A stretch of DNA of 64,000 nucleotides, taken from NCBI GenBank assembly GCA_009787085.1, contig WRGR01000045.1, forward strand, positions 64,075 to 128,074, written 5' to 3'. Shown piece after piece: positions 1 to 8,973 of the stretch. A program made the position numbers and the translations under genes. The DNA comes from Actinomycetes bacterium. Lineage in GTDB: Bacteria; Actinomycetota; Coriobacteriia; Coriobacteriales; UBA8131. Below the pieces are notes generated by a model. That model was not told the DNA's origin. It saw only the letters and a list, made by a program, of their open reading frames with translations, and did no database searches. How positions within the stretch are numbered: position 1 is the first letter of the stretch; every line of letters starts with the position of its first letter.

Positions 1-160
1 CGGCGGCCTCCAAGGCCTTCAGGGGCTCCGGCTCCAGCAGGTCGTCGGCCATCACTTCCCGTGACTCGGAGCCGTTGGCCGGGCCGACGATCCCCTTTTG
101 CTCCAAGTCGTCCATGATCCGCCCAGCGCGGCCATAGCCGACCTTCAGCTGCCGCTGTAG
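1..160 (-). pseudogene. FtsK/SpoIIIE gamma (winged-helix) domain fragment. Similarity begins abruptly at about 160 and the frame runs off the left edge.
   Basis: Reverse-strand translation of 160..1 reads LQRQLKVGYGRAGRIMDDLEQKGIVGPANGSESREVMADDLLEPEPLKALEAA, close to the FtsK gamma-domain consensus (LQRxLxIGYxRAxRxxDxxExxGIVGPxxGSxxREV). In-frame residues upstream, back to a stop near 233, show no FtsK motor similarity and no ATG. Confidence 0.5.
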
Positions 161-597
161 TCTTCCATAATATTTCGGATCAATTAGGTTCCTAAACACA
201 CTGTTTAGGGAAGCACTGACTTGATGCCCGAACTAGATATCCTCCCCTGTTATGCCCAGAAGCTTCGCTATCTGCCTATTGATTTTATGCGTTTCATTAT
301 TTGTCAGAGCCCCACTAACACTCCAGGCTCATTTCGTGCGACAGTGAGTATTTTTTTCTGTCATCACAAAGCTTGCCTGCTTCAAACTGTTGCTATTGCT
401 TGGATCAATCCTTACTTGCGTCGTAGTTTCGTGGCAATCAAAAGTTCTGAGCAGACATGGCACAACGGAATCTAACATGTCGCCAAGCTCGCCTTGGATA
501 AGTGTGAGAGTTAAAGACGGTTAGACAACGAGATTTTGGAACATTGAATTAGGCCTCCGTCAAAACGGATGACATACGCCTTGATATTAGGATAATC

Positions 598-795
598 TCA
601 ACTGGCTTTAACCAGTGAGGCGACATCGTATCCGTGTTCGCGCAGATACTCTGTCGCTGCCTTTTCGGTGAGGCCGATCGGCCTCGGCTTCGGATCCTTT
701 AGCTCATCGTAGTCCACCGGGTTGAAAGCATAGCATTTCCTCATATTCACAATGTTCGGACAATGGTAGCCATGGCGGCAATCTCTCCAACCCAC
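598..795 (-). CDS. Hypothetical small protein (65 aa) directly downstream of nrdJ
   Basis: The ORF starts 6 nt after the nrdJ stop on the same strand. It has 3 Cys in the first 21 aa (MGWRDCRHGYHCPNIVNMRKC). I recognise no family. Confidence 0.35.
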   Translation of the reverse strand: MGWRDCRHGYHCPNIVNMRKCYAFNPVDYDELKDPKPRPIGLTEKAATEYLREHGYDVASLVKAS

Positions 796-801
796 ATTCA
801 G

Positions 802-3450
802 TCAGCCGCATTTGGAGTAGCCGCAGTTGCGGCAGACTACGCAGGCCCCCTCGTGTTGCACTGGCTCGAAGCATTCCGGGCAAAGCGCTTGGTATTGGCC
901 GGGCAGCACGGGCGGAGCCGCTTCGGCCGCTGCTGCGGCAGCAGCTCCAGCAGCGGCTCCAGCAGTTGCCCCGGCAGCCACCGCGGCTTCAGCCGCCTGG
1001 CTCGCTTGGCTGCCAGACGGGCTGCATCCTGGCAAGACGGCAGCAGCAGCCCCGGGCAGCCCGGCAGCCCAGCCGTTTGCCCCCTCAGCACCGCCAGCTC
1101 CATCGCCCGCCATCTCGTCGCTGTCGGCTGCGGCGTCGGCGGCGGCCCCTGGCATCTTGCCTCGGCTGTTCTTGATCAGTTGGCTGGGCTTGATGGCCTC
1201 GGCGGTCAACGATCCACCCCGGCGGATGTGCTCGTCCACCTTCATCAGCACCCGGGCGATGGCATCGGGGCAGCTGGTGCAGCTCATGCTGTCTTGACGT
1301 ACCGTCGAGGGGCAGCGGATGCCCTTCAGTTGATTGCAGATCGACTTGACGGACATGCCGCTGCGCAGTGCCACGCTGGCCAAACGCGCCGTGGCCTCGC
1401 TTTGAGAGGGGCAGCCGCCCGCCTTGCCGGTGGATGTGAAAACCTCACAGATGCCCGTCTGATCGTAGTTCACCGTCACGTAGAGGTTGCCGCAGCCGAT
1501 CTTCATTTGCTCGGTGAAGCCGCTGGTCACCGCTGGCCGTAGGCGCGGCATGATTTCGCCGAAGGCCTGGACGGGCAGCGCAGCGACAGCCCCGCCACCA
1601 GCAATCCCAGCGGCTCCAGGCCCGGACTGTTCGTCACCCGCCATGCCCCCACTGGCGCTGCCCTTATCCCCATCTGCCCCAGCCCCGGCGTTGTCGGCGC
1701 CAATGACGCTCAGCACCTGACTGTCACGGCTGCCGTCGCGGTAGATGGTCACGCCCTTGCAACCCTCTTTAAAAGCCAGCACAAAGACCTCGGCCACGTC
1801 TTCGTGCGTCGCCGTGCTCGGAAAGTTCACAGTCTTGCTGACAGCGTTGTCCGTATGACGTTGGAAGGCAGCCTGCATGCGAATGTGATAAAGCGGGCTG
1901 ACATCGTGAGCGGTCATAAAGACCCGCCGGATGTCAGCCGGGATCGCATCGATACCCTCCAAACTGGCAGCGGCAGCCACTTGGCGCATCAACTCCTCCG
2001 AATACAGTCCGGCTGCCTCCAGACGCGCTCTAAGGATCGGGTTGACCTCCAAGAACTCATCACCGTCCATGATTCGCCGCAAAAACACAAAGGAAAAGAC
2101 CGGCTCCACTCCCGAAGAACAACCGGCGATGATAGAAAGCGTACCGGTGGGGGCAATGGTGGTGGTGGTGGCGTTACGCATGGCCTCACCACCAGCATAA
2201 ACGCTTTCCGCAAACAGTGGGAAACTGCCACGCTCCAAGGCCAGCTGGTGCGACGTGCGGCGTGCCTCGGTGGCGATGTAGGCCATAATCCGTTCGGCCA
2301 GCTCCAGGGCTTCCTCACTGGCATAGGGCACATCCAGCGCCAACAACATGTCCGCAAAGCCCATCACACCCAAGCCGATCTTGCGGGTGGCCTTAGTGGT
2401 ATCGGCGATCAACGGCAGCGGATAGCTATTGATCTCGATGACGTTGTCTAGAAAATGCACGGCCTCGGCCACTGTCTGCGAGAGCTGTTGCCAGTCGATG
2501 GCGTAGCTTAGAGCAGTTTGGCCGCTCTTGACCTTCGGATCGTCAGTGTCACGCTGGCGCAACATCCGCGACAGGTTAATGCTGCCCAAATTACAGCTCT
2601 CGTAGGGCAACAAGGGCTGTTCGCCACAGGGGTTGGTGGCCTCGATCTGGCCTTGTCCGGGCACTACGTTGTCACGGTTCAGGCGGTCCAAAAAGACAAT
2701 GCCCGGTTCGCCGTTGCGCCAAGCGGCATCGACGATATGCTCGAAGACCTCGCCAGCGCTTAAGCTGCCCGCCGCCTGCCCGGTATGCGGGTCGATCAGC
2801 CCGTATTCCTCGCCTTGCTCCTGAGCCCGCATGAACTCTTCAGTCAGGCCGACCGAGATATTGAAGTTCACGATATCGGCATTGCTCTTCTTGCAGTCGA
2901 TGAAGGCCATGATGTCCGGATGATCGACGCGCAGGATGCCCATGTTGGCACCCCGCCGCGTACCCCCTTGCTTGACTGCCTCTGTAGCCATGTTGAAGAC
3001 GCGCATGAAGCTCACTGGACCTGAGGCTACGCCGCCAGTGGAGTTGACGGTAGAACCAGCCGGACGCAGACGCGAGAACGAGAAGCCCGTGCCACCACCG
3101 GATTTATGGATCAAAGCGGCGTCTTTTACAGCCTCGAAAATCTCTTCCATACTGTCGCCGATGGGCAACACAAAACAGGCCGAGAGCTGACCCAGTGGCC
3201 GGCCGGCATTCATCAAGGTCGGCGAATTGGGCAAAAAAGCCAATGAGGTCATCATTTGGTAGAAGCGCTCTTCTAGCGCCTTGGCCTCGCTGCCGCATGT
3301 CCCAAAACGCAGATCGGCAGCGGCCACCGTGGCGGCCACTCGCCGAAACATCTGCTCCACAGTTTCGATAGTCTCGCCTCTTTCGTCTTTGATCAGATAA
3401 CGCTTGCGCAAAACCTCCAGCGCCGTACCAGTGATATCGCTGATAGCCAT
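802..3450 (-). CDS. nrdJ: Adenosylcobalamin-dependent (class II) ribonucleotide reductase
   Basis: 882 aa. The N-terminus MAISDITGTALEVLRKRYLIKDERGE and the core are typical of class II RNR. It has a TSCPD motif (MSCTSCPDAI) and a C-terminal Cys tail CPECFEPVQHEGACVVCRNCG. Two Ala/Gly-rich low-complexity linkers are present. Confidence 0.93.
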   Translation of the reverse strand: MAISDITGTALEVLRKRYLIKDERGETIETVEQMFRRVAATVAAADLRFGTCGSEAKALEERFYQMMTSLAFLPNSPTLMNAGRPLGQLSACFVLPIGDSMEEIFEAVKDAALIHKSGGGTGFSFSRLRPAGSTVNSTGGVASGPVSFMRVFNMATEAVKQGGTRRGANMGILRVDHPDIMAFIDCKKSNADIVNFNISVGLTEEFMRAQEQGEEYGLIDPHTGQAAGSLSAGEVFEHIVDAAWRNGEPGIVFLDRLNRDNVVPGQGQIEATNPCGEQPLLPYESCNLGSINLSRMLRQRDTDDPKVKSGQTALSYAIDWQQLSQTVAEAVHFLDNVIEINSYPLPLIADTTKATRKIGLGVMGFADMLLALDVPYASEEALELAERIMAYIATEARRTSHQLALERGSFPLFAESVYAGGEAMRNATTTTIAPTGTLSIIAGCSSGVEPVFSFVFLRRIMDGDEFLEVNPILRARLEAAGLYSEELMRQVAAAASLEGIDAIPADIRRVFMTAHDVSPLYHIRMQAAFQRHTDNAVSKTVNFPSTATHEDVAEVFVLAFKEGCKGVTIYRDGSRDSQVLSVIGADNAGAGADGDKGSASGGMAGDEQSGPGAAGIAGGGAVAALPVQAFGEIMPRLRPAVTSGFTEQMKIGCGNLYVTVNYDQTGICEVFTSTGKAGGCPSQSEATARLASVALRSGMSVKSICNQLKGIRCPSTVRQDSMSCTSCPDAIARVLMKVDEHIRRGGSLTAEAIKPSQLIKNSRGKMPGAAADAAADSDEMAGDGAGGAEGANGWAAGLPGAAAAVLPGCSPSGSQASQAAEAAVAAGATAGAAAGAAAAAAAEAAPPVLPGQYQALCPECFEPVQHEGACVVCRNCGYSKCG

Positions 3451-3529
3451 TATTGTCCTCTCGTTTTTAGCCTACGGGCGCTATGAGAATACCCGGTGGA
3501 AGTGCTCGACAGTACCCGATAATCTGAAA

Positions 3530-3577
3530 GCATCATATATTGTGCATGGTGACGGTTATCTATACTACTTATTGTGA
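3530..3577 (-). promoter_or_regulatory. Two candidate NrdR boxes upstream of nrdJ
   Basis: GCATCATATATTGTGC (3530-3545) and ATACTACTTATTGTGA (3562-3577). On the reverse strand each matches about 12 of 16 positions of the NrdR box consensus acaCwAtATaTwGtgt. The register offset is 32 bp, and the boxes lie 80-127 nt upstream of the nrdJ start. Confidence 0.45.
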
Positions 3578-3697
3578 GGAAACTGTCAAGCATCAAATTG
3601 TACTGCGCTCATTTCCGCAAGGCAGACGGTTTGCCGCAAATGCTGTGTTCTTCTTTATAATGGGCAATAGCAAACCGGCGATGAGAAAGGCCAGCCC

Positions 3698-4357
3698 ATG
3701 CCCCGTGAGTCAAAAGCCGCCAAACAGCAGCGTGCGCTGGCTGTTGCCGAACGGCTGTGCGTCACTTACCCCGAAGCCGAGTGCGCCCTGCACTTTTCTG
3801 ACCCCTTCACTTTGGTTATTGCCGTGCTGCTGTCTGCACAAACAACCGACATCGCCGTAAATAAAGTAACACCGGAACTCTTCAGACGCTGGCCGGATCC
3901 GGCGACGATGGCCGCTGCCGACCCCAGTGATGTGGCTGAGGTGATTCGGAGTATCGGCTTTTATCGGGTCAAGGCCGCACACTGCGTCCAAACCGCCCAG
4001 ACATTGCTCAGCGAATACGGCGGCAAAGTACCTGCCGAGATGGCCGCCCTCATCCGCCTGCCCGGGGTCGGCCGTAAGACCGCAAACATCGTTTTAACCA
4101 ACGCCTTCGGCATCGTCGAGGGCATTGCAGTGGATACCCACGTCTATCGCATCGCCCATAAATTGCGCTTTTCTACTGCCAACTCCGACACGCCAACCAA
4201 AGTGGAGCACGATCTGCTGGCTGTTTTCCCATCAAGGCTTTGGGGCGAAGTAAACCACCGTTGGGTGCTGTTTGGTCGGGAATACTGCGTCGCCCGGCGA
4301 CCGCGCTGCGCCGAATGCCCTTTGAGCGACCTTTGTCCATCCAATAAGTTACAATAA
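3698..4357 (+). CDS. nth: Endonuclease III (DNA glycosylase/AP lyase)
   Basis: HhH-GPD motif LPGVGRKTANIVL and C-terminal Fe-S loop CVARRPRCAECPLSDLC. Confidence 0.92.
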   Translation: MPRESKAAKQQRALAVAERLCVTYPEAECALHFSDPFTLVIAVLLSAQTTDIAVNKVTPELFRRWPDPATMAAADPSDVAEVIRSIGFYRVKAAHCVQTAQTLLSEYGGKVPAEMAALIRLPGVGRKTANIVLTNAFGIVEGIAVDTHVYRIAHKLRFSTANSDTPTKVEHDLLAVFPSRLWGEVNHRWVLFGREYCVARRPRCAECPLSDLCPSNKLQ

Positions 4358-4434
4358 TAACGTAGTCAGCCACTGCCGGGCCATTCGGAGAAAGCAACAC
4401 TCAACCATGTCGTGCCCGTTTAGAAAGGACAGCT

Positions 4435-5166
4435 GTGTCAGCACATATCCTGATTGTTGAGGACGACGAGAATATCGCCCATATGATCGAGGCCACTTTG
4501 GCCATGGGGCATTACACCAGCGAGATAGCCAGTGACGGCAGTGAGGCTATTGCCGCTATGCACGTCTGCAGCTTCGACCTGATACTTTTAGATGTCATGC
4601 TGCCAGGCAAGGACGGCTTTGAGGTATTTGGGGAACAGGGGCTTGGCACTCCTGACGCACCCCCGGTTATCTTCCTCACAGCCATGGACGATGTCCCGAG
4701 CAAGGTTCGCGGCTTGCGGATGGGAGCCGAGGACTACATAGTCAAACCCTTTGAGTCCGTTGAGTTGTTGGCCCGCATCGAAGTGGTGCTGCGACGCTCC
4801 CAACCACAACACCCGGCACTAAAATACGGTGCGATCAACATCGACCCCAGCCGCCATCTAGTGACCTTGCGCGGCAAGAAAGTCAGCTTGACACCCAAGG
4901 AATTTGACCTGCTGATTTTTTTCGTCAACAACATTGACATTGCCTTGACCCGTGAACGCCTACTTTCAGCCGTCTGGGGCTATGACTATTTTGGTGAAAC
5001 CCGTACTGTAGATACCCATATCCAGAAGCTACGCAGAAAACTCGACTTGTCCGACGACTTAGTTACTATCCCCCGTTTAGGCTACCGGTTGGAAATGCGC
5101 CACGACCAAAGCAACGGCCAGCATAACAATACGGATGCCAAGGAAGCACCTTCGGAAACACTGTGA
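4435..5166 (+). CDS. OmpR/PhoB-family response regulator
   Basis: Receiver domain (ILIVEDDENI, DLILLDVMLPGKDG) plus winged-helix output (LTPKEFDLLIFF, GYRL). GTG start preceded by AAAGGA. Confidence 0.9.
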   Translation: MSAHILIVEDDENIAHMIEATLAMGHYTSEIASDGSEAIAAMHVCSFDLILLDVMLPGKDGFEVFGEQGLGTPDAPPVIFLTAMDDVPSKVRGLRMGAEDYIVKPFESVELLARIEVVLRRSQPQHPALKYGAINIDPSRHLVTLRGKKVSLTPKEFDLLIFFVNNIDIALTRERLLSAVWGYDYFGETRTVDTHIQKLRRKLDLSDDLVTIPRLGYRLEMRHDQSNGQHNNTDAKEAPSETL

Positions 5167-6722
5167 AGCTCTGGCAAAAGATCTTTCTGACCACCTTGTC
5201 TTTAGTGATTGTAGTGGTCAATGCCTCGTCGTTGATCCTTCTCAAAAACAATCATGATTTGGCTATCGTGCATGAGCGTCAGACTGCCCTGACCCGTCAT
5301 AGCTATCTGGTGTCTGAGATCCAAAACAGCATCGTCTACAAGCAGCTGGTAGAGCGGACAGAGAACCTCAACGGCGATCAAATCAACGAAGTTCTAAACA
5401 GTGTATTCGAGCGTCAGAACGACGACATGGCCAGCAGTGCCGCCCTTTACTTTGGACGTCAGGCCACGTTTTCGACAAATACCTTGTCTGGCAGAGCAGA
5501 AGCCATACTGCTGGCACTCCCCGACTACTCGTCCACTATTGTCACCGACGGTAATAAGAACATCCTATTGGTGGTTTCAAGCCTCGTCCTCAACCAGCGT
5601 CCTTACCAGTTGATCACCTCATACGACATCACCTCGACCTACACCCTGTTTGATGCTGATTTCAACCAAATCCGCATCATCAGCATTGTCTCTGCCCTGA
5701 TTATTGCGGGAATCCTGCTGCTTTTAGTACGCACCTTGCTGCACCCGTTACAAAACCTCTCCAGCACCACCCGACAAATCGCCAGCGGCAATCTTAAGAA
5801 GCGGGTGCGTGTCCAAGGCAACGACGAGGTGGCCGAAGTGGCCCAAAACCTAAACCTGATGGCCGACTCCATCGAACAGAGTGTGACCGCCCTGAAACGC
5901 CTAGCAGAGTCCCGACAAGTCTTTATCGGCAACCTGACCCATGAGATGAAGACCCCTTTGACATCGATACTGGGCTTAGCCGACCTGCTGCGTGTTCGTC
6001 GTGAGGTTTCCGACAACGAACGTCAGGAGTTCGCAAATATCATCGTCAATGAGACCAAGCGCCTCCAAGGACTCTCCGGAAAGTTAATGGAGTTGCTCAG
6101 CGTCGGCAGCATCGCCCCCACACTGGAGTGTATCGATTTGCAGGAGCTTTCTGACGAGCTGGATGTTAGCCTACAGCCAGTGCTGGCCACTCAACACGCA
6201 ACACTGGTCTTCGAGGTGCCGGAAGATCCGTCGGAGCATACGATATTGGCAGATCAGGAACTTTTGCAATCCCTGATCTATAATCTTGTGGACAATGCGA
6301 TCAAAGCCTCCGGCAAAGACTCGACCATCATTTTCCGGGTGCAGGCAATAACGCTCCAAGCCGAGAAGAAGATCCGCATATCGATTATCGACAACGGCAT
6401 AGGCATCCCGGCCGATCAAATTCAACAGCTTACGGAGCCTTTCTATATGCTGGATAAAGCGCGCACTCGCAAGCATGGCGGTGCCGGTCTTGGCCTTGCC
6501 CTTTGCTATGAGATCGCCAAAAGCCATGGCTCAAACCTGCTGATCCAAAGCGAGCTGGGGGAAGGCACCTGTGCCAGCGTGGACTTCGAGCCATACTGTA
6601 ATCCAAGTGAGCCAGCCGAGCCAACCAAGAAAAAGGATAAGGCCACTGCAACTGCATCTGCCACAGAGTCCAGCAAGGACACATCAGATGTGACTGGCCG
6701 CAAACAGAAAAAGGCAGTATGA
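5163..6722 (+). CDS. Sensor histidine kinase (TM-HAMP-HisKA-HATPase)
   Basis: H-box HEMKTPLTSILG and ATPase boxes (DNAIKAS, DNGIGIP, GGAGLGLA). There are hydrophobic N-terminal and mid segments. The start overlaps the regulator's stop. Confidence 0.9.
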   Translation: MKLWQKIFLTTLSLVIVVVNASSLILLKNNHDLAIVHERQTALTRHSYLVSEIQNSIVYKQLVERTENLNGDQINEVLNSVFERQNDDMASSAALYFGRQATFSTNTLSGRAEAILLALPDYSSTIVTDGNKNILLVVSSLVLNQRPYQLITSYDITSTYTLFDADFNQIRIISIVSALIIAGILLLLVRTLLHPLQNLSSTTRQIASGNLKKRVRVQGNDEVAEVAQNLNLMADSIEQSVTALKRLAESRQVFIGNLTHEMKTPLTSILGLADLLRVRREVSDNERQEFANIIVNETKRLQGLSGKLMELLSVGSIAPTLECIDLQELSDELDVSLQPVLATQHATLVFEVPEDPSEHTILADQELLQSLIYNLVDNAIKASGKDSTIIFRVQAITLQAEKKIRISIIDNGIGIPADQIQQLTEPFYMLDKARTRKHGGAGLGLALCYEIAKSHGSNLLIQSELGEGTCASVDFEPYCNPSEPAEPTKKKDKATATASATESSKDTSDVTGRKQKKAV

Positions 6723-7804
6723 AGCGCAACTACAACAACCTGTTAACCGTGCTGTTAACAGCCTTGATCATTGCCGTTGGCATTATCTTGCCAACAATCC
6801 TCTATCCGACTTTGGATCAATACCGTAACAACGTCATCCGAATCACTGCTCCCAACGACGGAGCTGATGGTGTCTACGTCTTTGACAACCCGCTGCCACT
6901 TTACCCTTGGCGGCAATATTCCGTTCGCGACACCCGCCCTTTGACCGCCAATGAGCGCTCTATCCTCCACGACCATGGGGTGCCAGAATTCTTAGAGACA
7001 GTGCTGCGCGACCGGGGCATGAAGATTGTTGGGACTGACCCGGCCACCCGAAACCGATTGCTGACCAGCTTCACCTATCTCAACCTTGACGAAAGCAACG
7101 GGTCACCCTGTTACGTATTGAAGGACTTTGATCTGAATGGCGACGGACGCACCGACCTGAGTTGTGCAGTGAGTTTGACAGGCGATGTGATTTCTTTGTT
7201 GTTGTCACCGCAGTGGCAGACTGTCAGCCTACCAGAACAAGGAACCCCCAATGCCTTGATGCTTTTATCCGATGCCCAGAATAACCGGGCAAACAAGGCA
7301 ACAACGGCGACAGGCGCTGCGAGCGACTCTAAGACGACCTTCCCGGACAGCAGCAACAGCGCTCAACCCCTAGGCGGCGGGCAGATAGTCGGTCAAGGCA
7401 GCACAACCACCCCGAGCTCCGAAAACCTGACAACCTCATCTCCAGACAAGCGACCGCCCGTTGACAAAGACATGCGCATCTGGCCATTTGCCTATGCCAT
7501 AATGATTGAATCCCGGGCTAATGGCCAAACAAAACTGGCCAACCCCTTCTCGCAATTGGATAACTACTATCACTATTACTACGGCTACTCATATCTCGCC
7601 TACCTACGCTTTCGCGCCGGTATGCCTGCTGTTCTGGAAAGCACGACGGCCGTCAACGACACCGACCTTATCCCCGCGGCCTTTTCTACAGAAGACTACG
7701 ACCTCTATATCTACAATCTGAACCAGCCCACCTCGCTCCGCCTGATCCTTTATCTGGACAAAGAAAGCGGCTACTGCCTCGGCTTCAATATTCAGAATCT
7801 TTAG
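6719..7804 (+). CDS. Hypothetical membrane-anchored protein co-transcribed with the two-component pair
   Basis: The start overlaps the kinase stop (ATGA). It has an N-terminal TM helix (LLTVLLTALIIAVGIILPTILY), a DLNGDGRTDL Ca-binding-like motif, a Ser/Thr-rich segment and a Tyr-rich patch YYHYYYGYSY. Confidence 0.6.
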   Translation: MKRNYNNLLTVLLTALIIAVGIILPTILYPTLDQYRNNVIRITAPNDGADGVYVFDNPLPLYPWRQYSVRDTRPLTANERSILHDHGVPEFLETVLRDRGMKIVGTDPATRNRLLTSFTYLNLDESNGSPCYVLKDFDLNGDGRTDLSCAVSLTGDVISLLLSPQWQTVSLPEQGTPNALMLLSDAQNNRANKATTATGAASDSKTTFPDSSNSAQPLGGGQIVGQGSTTTPSSENLTTSSPDKRPPVDKDMRIWPFAYAIMIESRANGQTKLANPFSQLDNYYHYYYGYSYLAYLRFRAGMPAVLESTTAVNDTDLIPAAFSTEDYDLYIYNLNQPTSLRLILYLDKESGYCLGFNIQNL

Positions 7805-8113
7805 CAAAATTAGCAAAAATGACGGGATTGGCCAACGGCAGCCACGAGAAAGCTTGAGAGTTTAAGTTTTTACAATTTTCTGACAACTGATTGACTATAT
7901 ACCCAAAACATCAGAGTAACATAGATAGCGTTGAGAACTGAACAGAACGTGTTTCTCTCAGTGAGGCCGGATTGGAGGCAGCAGTTCCCCCGGGTTGGTT
8001 CTTCCTCCTTGTGATTCATCCCAAATCCTTTCTTTCAACTGCCTTTCATCCGACCTCGGCAACGCCCCACCCCCTTTTTGCCGTCCTTTACCAGCCACTA
8101 AAGAAACGGCAAC

Positions 8114-8144
8114 AAGCCCCACAAGCATATGCCTTGTGGGGCTT
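8114..8144. terminator. Bidirectional hairpin between convergent genes (6719-7804 and rsmI)
   Basis: AAGCCCCACAAG-catatgc-CTTGTGGGGCTT, a perfect 12 bp stem. T-rich tracts follow on both strands. Confidence 0.55.
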
Positions 8145-8151
8145 CGCTCTT

Positions 8152-8973
8152 TCAGTCATTATCTCTTACATTTCGCATACCGGGAGCGTACTTGTCTTTA
8201 TGGACCCGCTGTCCGGATTTTTTCAATGGCGCATCGATCAACAAAACGATCTCACCTTTCAGCGGACTGCCACCCGCGTCGGCACCAAGGCGATCTTCAG
8301 CTTGCTGCAAGACTTCCACTGCCGAAGCAACAATTACCTCCTCATGCATCTTGGTCAACTCACGTGCCAAACAGATCTGCCGTTCACCGAACATATCAGC
8401 CAAGACTCTTAATGAGGCCAGCAGACGATAAGGGGATTCATAGAATATCAGCACCGCATCGAGACTGGCCAGTTGGGCGAGAATGATTTGTTGGTCTTTT
8501 TCCCGGCGCGGCAAAAAGCCACCGAAATAGAAGGCCGAGCATTCAAAGCCACTGGCCACCAAGGCCGTAAGAACGGCACTGGCACCCGGCAACACTTCAA
8601 CTTGCAGCCCGGCAGCCCGCACCGCCGCTACCAAGACGGCACCCGGATCACTCACAGCGGGAGTGCCAGCATCGCTGACCAAGGCCAGATGCTCACCGGC
8701 CGCGATGCGCTCCACGATACCTGCCGTGCGTAGGCGGATAACGTTTTCGTCACAACGCTCGACCTTAACCTGCGCCCCAAGGCAGGAAAGCAGCTTCCTG
8801 GCCATCCGGGTGTCCTCTGCCAGCACTACGTCTGCCGCCTGCAAGGCCTCTCTTACCCTGGCAGTGATGTCGCCAAGGTTGCCGATCGGGGTAGCACATA
8901 CTGAAAGCTTACCGGTTTTCTGATCCGACGCGGCGGCATCCGGAATCGACATGTTGGCTTTATGCCCTGACAT
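8152..8973 (-). CDS. rsmI: 16S rRNA (cytidine1402-2'-O)-methyltransferase
   Basis: Tetrapyrrole-methylase fold with the RsmI N-terminal motif (LSVCATPIGNLGDIT, VLAEDTR). The start may instead be the internal Met at 8952. Confidence 0.85.
   Translation of the reverse strand: MSGHKANMSIPDAAASDQKTGKLSVCATPIGNLGDITARVREALQAADVVLAEDTRMARKLLSCLGAQVKVERCDENVIRLRTAGIVERIAAGEHLALVSDAGTPAVSDPGAVLVAAVRAAGLQVEVLPGASAVLTALVASGFECSAFYFGGFLPRREKDQQIILAQLASLDAVLIFYESPYRLLASLRVLADMFGERQICLARELTKMHEEVIVASAVEVLQQAEDRLGADAGGSPLKGEIVLLIDAPLKKSGQRVHKDKYAPGMRNVRDND

Noticed and set aside
763-1542. Long plus-strand ORFs (763-1542, 827-1297, 966-1175) and further antisense or alternative-frame ORFs across nrdJ
   Set aside because: They lie antisense to, or out of frame with, a strongly supported nrdJ. 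Their products are low-complexity Ala/Arg/Pro/Ser strings produced by the GC-rich Ala-linker region. No RBS or family similarity.
7950-8010. SRP (4.5S) RNA-like motif GAGGCCGGATTGGAGGCAGCAG in the 7805-8113 spacer
   Set aside because: It resembles AGGUCCGGAAGGAAGCAGC of SRP RNA domain IV. However, the loop is not a GNAR tetraloop, the closing pairs do not form (C-U), and I could not fold the flanks into the required long hairpin. It needs a covariance-model scan before any call.
7972-8486. Plus-strand ORFs 7972-8412, 7995-8486 and 8129-8431
   Set aside because: They overlap the rsmI coding region in antisense and the terminator hairpin. Their products are not protein-like and have no RBS.
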